64,000 nt of DNA, taken from positions 50,592,001-50,656,000 of the forward strand of contig OX597830.1 of the NCBI GenBank assembly GCA_951406725.2, in the 5' to 3' direction. Positions 57,140-64,000 of this stretch are shown in pieces; the stretch's first letter is position 1; every line of letters starts with the position of its first letter. This DNA comes from Octopus vulgaris. Its lineage: Eukaryota. The notes beneath the pieces were generated by a model, which was not told the DNA's origin, ran no database searches, and worked only from the letters and a program-made list of their open reading frames with translations. The position numbers and the translations under genes are program-made.

Positions 57140-57390
57140 CAAGTTCTCCATAAAGCCAGAACAGCCCACTCACAAACATTAGCATCAACGGCCAATCCCT
57201 AGAAGCTGAACACTTTGCATACCTTCGAAGTATCATTTCGAAGACCTCCACGTATGAAAAGGACGTGGTGAACCGGATTGGGGCGGCCAACTCCGCCTTC
57301 GGCAGACTCAACCTACGTGTATTCTTCAATCACACGCTGACCATCCTGACAAAGATCATGGTCATCCGTGCCATTGTTCTGTCAAATCTC
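57140..57390 (+). mobile_element. RTE LINE internal fragment (downstream of the RT core)
   Basis: ISINGQSLEAEHFAYLRSIISK....KDVVNRIGAANSAFGRL..RVF.NHTL...TKIMV.RAIVLSNL. Confidence 0.85.
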
Positions 57391-57560
57391 ACAGTTTATA
57401 TATAATGAATCTTTTCAGTTTAACTAAAAAATTCCGTATGCAGCTGAAGATTGCTCTACATTTTAAAACTGATGTAATACCTGCATGTTATAATTAAATG
57501 AAGTCGCATGAAACGATCGTACTGCACTACCTTTGGATATCTTTGTTGCTTATATATATA

Positions 57561-57599
<39 letters not shown>

Positions 57600-57612
<13 letters not shown>

Positions 57613-57830
57613 TGAGAAAGTGTGTTTGTGAGTGTGTCTGTCTGTATGTGTGCATCACTAAATCTCGAGAACTACCCAATAGATTTCATTTAAATTTCAC
57701 CACTGCAGTGTGATGGGCCATAAAAGTTTGAACTTCTTGCTTTATCCGAGCCTGAAACAATCTCTTATCTCTTATTCTGTTTCCGCATTACATGTCAAAA
57801 TTTAAACAACATCTCTATTAATACTTTCAC
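57600..57830 (+). mobile_element. Possible non-autonomous Helitron 5' fragment
   Basis: tatatactgagaaagtgtg..gtctgtctgtatg..aaatctcgagaactacccaatagatttcatttaaattt resembles Helitron 5' ends; no 3' CTAG hairpin found. Confidence 0.4.
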
Positions 57831-57869
57831 TATTATATGGTTTCATTTTCAATTACTTTCATTATGTAG

Positions 57870-57990
<121 letters not shown>

Positions 57991-58056
57991 TAAAAACGGT
58001 AAGATAACAAAAGAAAGAAAGATACCTCAATATTATGTAAATAGAGGAAATTTATC

Positions 58057-58211
58057 TATAAAATAATATGTTACATTACTCAATAGTCAAGATAAAACTC
58101 TGAGTTTCAGATGCCAGATAACCGAAGAGATGGTGTTGTGGTTTTCCACTACGGCATCTGAAACTCAGAGTTTTATCTTGACTATTGAGTAATGTAACAT
58201 ATTATTTTATA
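58057..58211. repeat. Perfect 59-bp inverted repeat enclosing a hammerhead-like motif (58116-58178, +)
   Basis: Arms 58057-58115 and 58153-58211 are exact reverse complements. Motif: agataa-CCGAAGA-gatg...catct-GAAA-ctc(a)gag-TT-ttatct. Confidence 0.8.
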
Positions 58212-58379
58212 TATATATATATATATAACTTTTATTTCTATTACTTTAAATATATATTTGTATATATATTTATTTTCATATCTGTGTGTGTATATTTATT
58301 TATATTCATATGTGTGTGTGTATGTATGTATATATGTATATATATATGTATATATATTTCAATAATAATAATGATAGGC

Positions 58380-59255
58380 TAAAATTAATTACTTCATTAA
58401 TTAATCAATCAATTAATTAATAATTAATAATTCTACCAAGTATTTCGGTACGTTAAAATAACCTATTTAGGTAAAATTATACAAATATTCTATAATTACA
58501 AATATAATTATATGTGAAGACCTATTTATCCTCAGTAGCCACGTTTGTTAAAAAAGTGTATTACTCTCTGGGAGATCTCTATGGTAACAGAATTGGCATT
58601 TTATCTCCTATTTCTGAATTCGGTGCGTGGTGAAGTAATTTGCTGACCCCTGATTATAATTATAATTATGTTTATAATTATAGAATATTTGTATAATTTT
58701 GTCTAAATAGGTTATTTTAATGTACCGAACTACTTGGTAAAATTATTAATTAATTGATTAGTTAATGAAGTAATTAATTTTACCCTTTTATTATTATTAT
58801 CATCGAAATATAATTTACTCACTGATCGAAAACTGCGGTATTAGTCATAACTCACGCGTTGGTATTGAGGATAAATACGTCTTCACATTCGGCTGTATAG
58901 TTTTGAAAGTGTTGGTTGAATATCTGTTCTGCGATGACGCTTGATTGCGTACATATTTAATTCTAACACTCTCAAATTTATATCTTTGAAATGCTGGACT
59001 GATTATGGGAAATAAGTAAGTAAATATTACTTTACTTTAATCACGAAACGCGTATGTAGCTAATCTGAGTAGTGTAGATCCGTTAATTTTTTTTCTTTTC
59101 GCCTCCGTTAAAAACGCGTGTTACTGTCTGTGAGATCTCTATGGTAGCAGAAAAGGCATTTAAACTCCTATTTCTAAATTTGGTGCGTGGTGATGTAATT
59201 AGCTGACCCCTGAATATGATTATAATTATGTTTATAATTATAGAATATTTGTATG
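58380..59255. mobile_element. Penelope-like pseudo-LTR arrangement: inverted and direct repeats with a degenerate hammerhead
   Basis: Inverted 58381-58512/58655-58780; direct 58550-58693/59107-59253; CTGATTA...tcac-GAAA-cgcg-TA at 58999-59054. Confidence 0.6.
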
Positions 59256-59419
59256 AGTATATATATATGTATATTTATGCATATATATGTATATGTATAT
59301 ATATGTATGTATATATGCGTATATATATATATGTATGCATGTATGTATATGTGTATATCTATGTATGTGTGTATATACGCAGACGTGCATGTAAATAGAA
59401 TTCCTGAGTACATATGTCT

Positions 59420-59900
59420 ATTTTGTTTTAGTTCTTTTCCTGTGGCCATGCTGGGGAACTGCCTCGAGGAGATTAGACAATCAAATCGACCTGTCGGTCA
59501 TTGTTTCCGAACCGGTAATTTACGCTGGTGTAAACAACCCAACAACTGGTTTTCAAGAAGTGCTGGAAGATAAACACCTACCAAAATCATATCATAAAAT
59601 TTTAATTTTCCTTAGGTGCCACGTTGTGGAACTGAACCCTAGATGACTGTGACGATTCAGCCATATCTATTCATTTATGTCTGTACCTGCGTACGGTAAA
59701 TTGTGTGTTAGGTTCGACAGCCACCACAGATTGAACATCGGCGCTGCTTTGTTTACCCGTAAGTTAGCCGCTCCTAAATTCCTATAGAATAAATACCAGA
59801 GTGTAAAAGTAAGTATTGGGTGCGACCCGTTCGGTAAATCCCTTCAAGGCAGTATGCCAGCATGGCTGTTGTCCAATGAACGAATAAAGTAAAAGAATTA
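59420..59900. mobile_element. Two highly decayed SINE family A copies (minus, then plus)
   Basis: tgtggccatgctgggg and ggtgccacgttgtggaactgaaccc (-); aaggcagtatgccagcatggctg (+). Confidence 0.5.
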
Positions 59901-59999
59901 AAGAAGAACAATCTTTAACGTACCACCAATTTATTCAATTTACAGGCTGCAAATCAATTTTACCTTTACCAAGTAACTTATGTATTACTTAAATTTGTT

Positions 60000-60448
60000 T
60001 TTGCAGCCGGTTCCAACCCGAGCCGCAGCAACAAAGTGCACCTGCCACACTTCTTGGTCTAACATCACTGCCTCGTGGTCCTGGATACATTCAAGGCCTT
60101 TTTATAAAATCGAGTTGTCGATTTAAGTGTGACGACATATACTTCTTCTAACATCTTCCTGAAGTGTCTTCCACAAGACTAATCTGGATGCCTCTAGCTC
60201 AGGGTGGTGCATGTAGTGACCAAATAGTCGCAGCTCGTTTTGCCTGATCTCCTCGCTAACCTTCAGCAGGTCTCCATAAAAGCATTCGTTTTTCAAATCT
60301 TGCTGCCATTTCATATTTAGGGCCATATGTAGCATCCCTATGTCGCAGCAATCTAGCACGTTTGATACTTTCTTCGTCAGAGTCTATGTTTTACTGGTAT
60401 ATAATAGTATTGATTCGACAGTTTCGGTAAACAGCTTGAGTATAATTT
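60000..60448 (-). mobile_element. Decayed RTE-like LINE 3' fragment
   Basis: KLFTETVESILLYTSKT*TLTK..LDCC..MLHMALNMKWQ..L.NE..YG..KVSE.IRQ..LRLFGH..HPEL.ASRLVLW. Confidence 0.85.
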
Positions 60449-60859
60449 ATAACTAATATTCCCGCATGCAGAATTTGGCAAAAACATCAGAATTTTAAGC
60501 AAAAGTGCCTTGGCCAATCAGATACGTTGATTTCAGAGGTTTCCTTGTTGGAAAGACCGGCCAGTACTTTTCTGTAGGGCGTGAGTTTTTCTGTACATTG
60601 CTGGTTTCGTATACTAATTTCCAGTATGAGGTCTTTTAGGTAATTTTTCGTTCAGTTATTTTGCAGAAAATGTCAGGAGAATTTCACTTGTAATGTCATA
60701 CATTTTAGGTAATAAAATATGCTTTTCCACTTCACACTTAATAGCTCTGGGCGCCAGCTCTTTCCGTGTGGGAGTGCGCATCCATATATTTATATATGTG
60801 TGTATATTTAGGTATATCTATGCGTGTTTATACGTATGTAAATACATAGGTACGTCTAT

Positions 60860-61750
60860 CTGGCTGAGTGGAAAACGTTTTTCGTTTTTTCCCCGAGGAG
60901 TTTTGCAAATTGTATCTCCATGTTATATCATTAATTTGATACATGTCCAATCATTCCTAAATTGTTTATTCTTCATTTTCATGTATAAAATATAAACATT
61001 GATTGTTTATTCTCTATTTTATAGCTTTCACAATGTGTGATGCATAAATTGCAATTTGAATTATTTTATGATACCTGTGGAAAGAGGGAAAGCAATGGCA
61101 GCTGCAAAATAAAGTAACGATACAGAAGGCGCAAAAACTGCCAACACACCTGTGCCAAAAAACTGGTTCACTCGATTTTCGAGATGACCACAGCCTCGAA
61201 GACAATGCTGCGTTTCGAAAAGAAATGCTATTTGAACAGGTCGTGTTGTGTGTTTGGTGGAATTTCGAGGCTGTGTTTCAAACTCTGAAATCTAATCTTT
61301 ATGCTCAACAACAGCAGCGAGTTTATAATATTGTGAGAGCCTGCTACTCCGAATTTGTCCATCGAAGATGCTCTCTCTCACCACATGACAGTACCCCAGT
61401 ATGCACTGCCAATGTGACCTAACGCAAACTTAGGTAGCATGACAGGCTGGAAGTGCTGTCTCACCGTGCCTACGTTTCAGATTATACTCTTTCCAGATTT
61501 ACCCTTTCCAGATCCACGAACGGATCCATTTCCGGCACGGACAGAGATTCGGCAATGCGGATGAGTTTGAGAACGGCTGAAGGGAAATTTTTGCCTTTAA
61601 ACCAACCAAATAGCATAAGTGTGGAACTGAGCTTCTGGCACGACGATGACAACAAACAATGGAATAAATTGTTATATAGTTCTATGAATAAACACTTTTC
61701 GAATGTGATTTGCTTGAATTATTTATTAAAGCTTGCAATACGAACCCCTA
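60860..61750 (+). mobile_element. Highly decayed mariner
   Basis: NWFTRFRD.HSLED, VVLCVWWNFE, YAQQQQRV, HDS, and EVLSHRAY.SDY. Confidence 0.7.
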
Positions 61751-61860
61751 CCCCCACCAAAAAAAAACTTTTGACTCAGTATGGTATATGTGTTTGTACC
61801 TACATACAAACACATATGTATATATGTATGTATGTCATTATCCAATTTTATTTTGCCAAT

Positions 61861-61903
<43 letters not shown>

Positions 61904-63397
61904 TTCTAACTTAGATCCCAAACTTTTTCATTGGAATTTCAACATCAATAACAGGGTCTATGAGTTTTGTACTGTCCACGGGCATCTGTCCGATGACCGT
62001 TTTAATTTGGCGAAAGACAACACTTTTTGTTTATATTTGGAATATTCTGTCTTAGTCTTTTGAGCAATACTAATTTTTCCCACTACCGAAATCGTTAGGA
62101 GTTTGGATAAAAGGTGCATTTATTAAATCAGTCTTAAAATGTATACACTATATTAACTGTTGTTCAGTTGTTAAGACGTATGATTCCCTGTAAGTACGTC
62201 AATACATGCAATGTAAGGAAAGTGTAAACTTCGTCCATTAGATTCTGTAGCCAATTCCCATTACACATCTGTAATAATTAAATTTTAATCAAATACATTT
62301 GAAAGCAAGAAATATAAAATGTTAGTGTGTTCTTAGTGTTATTTTCCTGATGAAATCACTTCAAATTATCCTGAGGTTACATAAGCAAACAAGAAATCCT
62401 CTAGGTGAGTAAGCGAACTTCTCGAATCCACAACAAGTCAACCATCAATCATACATGATCGACGTAATTCTTTAGGGATGCATTATGTAATACAGTCGTA
62501 CGCATTCCCACAACAATGACGTGATGCTCACTACCAGAATATCTGCAATCGTTGGTCTAGTCAAACATATTTGGCTTGGATATAAGCCAACCAAACAAAA
62601 CTTTGAAGTTGCATTTCGCTGATGACTTAAAATAAAGCGAAAATATTTTCCGAGTTGTCGCCCGTTTTTGTTTCAAACACTTGCAATATGACACTAATCA
62701 CAGACTACTTTAATTCAATTCTCTCCTAGAGTTCAACTCACCAACGTTCCATGTAATATATATGCGGCTATCCATTTAATTGTTTGCTCTCATACAGATG
62801 GCGTCTGAGAATTATGTAATTTCCACATAATCCTAATATTTGCTGTAAAATTGATGGTAAATGTCAGGAATAATTTGATAATGCTTGTCTCATTCTTGAC
62901 TCCGGACTAATATTCATATGACAGCAGCTGTAATAAGTATATGATTTGAGATTTTATGTGTAACGGTGAAAACAATTTCATAACTATTCTGTCTACAGCA
63001 TATGAGCTTAGTTTACAATGTGAAAACATATTGTGCTTGGGAATATGTGTGCGTGCGCACGTATTCGTGAGTATGTGTATGTATGTATGTATGTATGTAT
63101 GTATGTATGAATGTATGAATCTATGTATGAATGTACGTACGTGCGTATATATGTGTATATATATATGCATATATATATATATATGTATGTACGTATGTAT
63201 ATATATTTATATAAATGTGTATATATATATATATGTATATGTATATAAATGTACCTACAAATACATTTATACGCAAATATGCATATAAATATAGATATAA
63301 AACATGCACATACATGCACTCATATATATATATATAGGTATAAATACACACACTTACATACACATACAAGCATATACATACGTCCACATACACGCAG

Positions 63398-63438
<41 letters not shown>

Positions 63439-63715
63439 TATATATATATATAAATATATGTATATATATATATGTGCGCGCGGGTGTGTAAATATATATA
63501 AATTATATAATTATATATATTTATATGAATGTATGTATAAGATGCATACTAAAAGAAACACAACAGATTCGATTCAATGCAGATCTGATCTGTAAAGATT
63601 TTTTTCTGATTGATGAGAATATTGATTCAATCCAAATCTTCTGATGTCTGAGAAAAACTATTATTTATTTATTGCATTTATATATATATATATATATGAG
63701 TGTGTGTGTGTGTGT

Positions 63716-63842
<127 letters not shown>

Positions 63843-64000
63843 TATGCGTGTATAATTGTAAGTGTGTATGTGCATTAGTATCCACTTGCATACTACAACG
63901 ATGGCGACAATATGCAGATGATTGGCTGGTTCTAATGCGAGATTATTTGGAATCAGACTGTCTGTCCTATGAAGAACGTGTCTTTCCTTAGACATATGGA

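Overview
Eukaryotic, AT-rich, extremely microsatellite-dense intronic or intergenic DNA. The repeat landscape suggests a coleoid cephalopod such as Octopus (inference). It comprises tRNA-derived SINEs with CORE-, Meta- and V-like modules, RTE and R4/Dong LINE fragments, mariner/Tc1/pogo fossils and (TA)n/(TAGA)n/(TATG)n/(ATT)n arrays. Almost all ORFs in the track are microsatellite artefacts or decayed transposon reading frames, and no complete gene is visible. One candidate coding exon (30735-30937) lies in a repeat-poor island. The most notable hidden structure has five parts: (i) about six unrelated hammerhead-ribozyme-like motifs, mostly beside (TA)n, some in inverted repeats typical of Penelope-like elements, including a canonical-core copy with a long stem II and two C-C-G-A-N-G-A core variants; (ii) a SINE whose 3' tail matches an RTE-type LINE 3' end present in the same window; (iii) several (TAA)n-embedded R4/Dong pieces plus a non-coding passenger; (iv) a mariner built from two left ends; (v) a ~350-bp near-perfect palindrome centred on (TA)n. 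All calls come from manual reading. Family names are based on remembered motifs, and boundaries are approximate unless stated.
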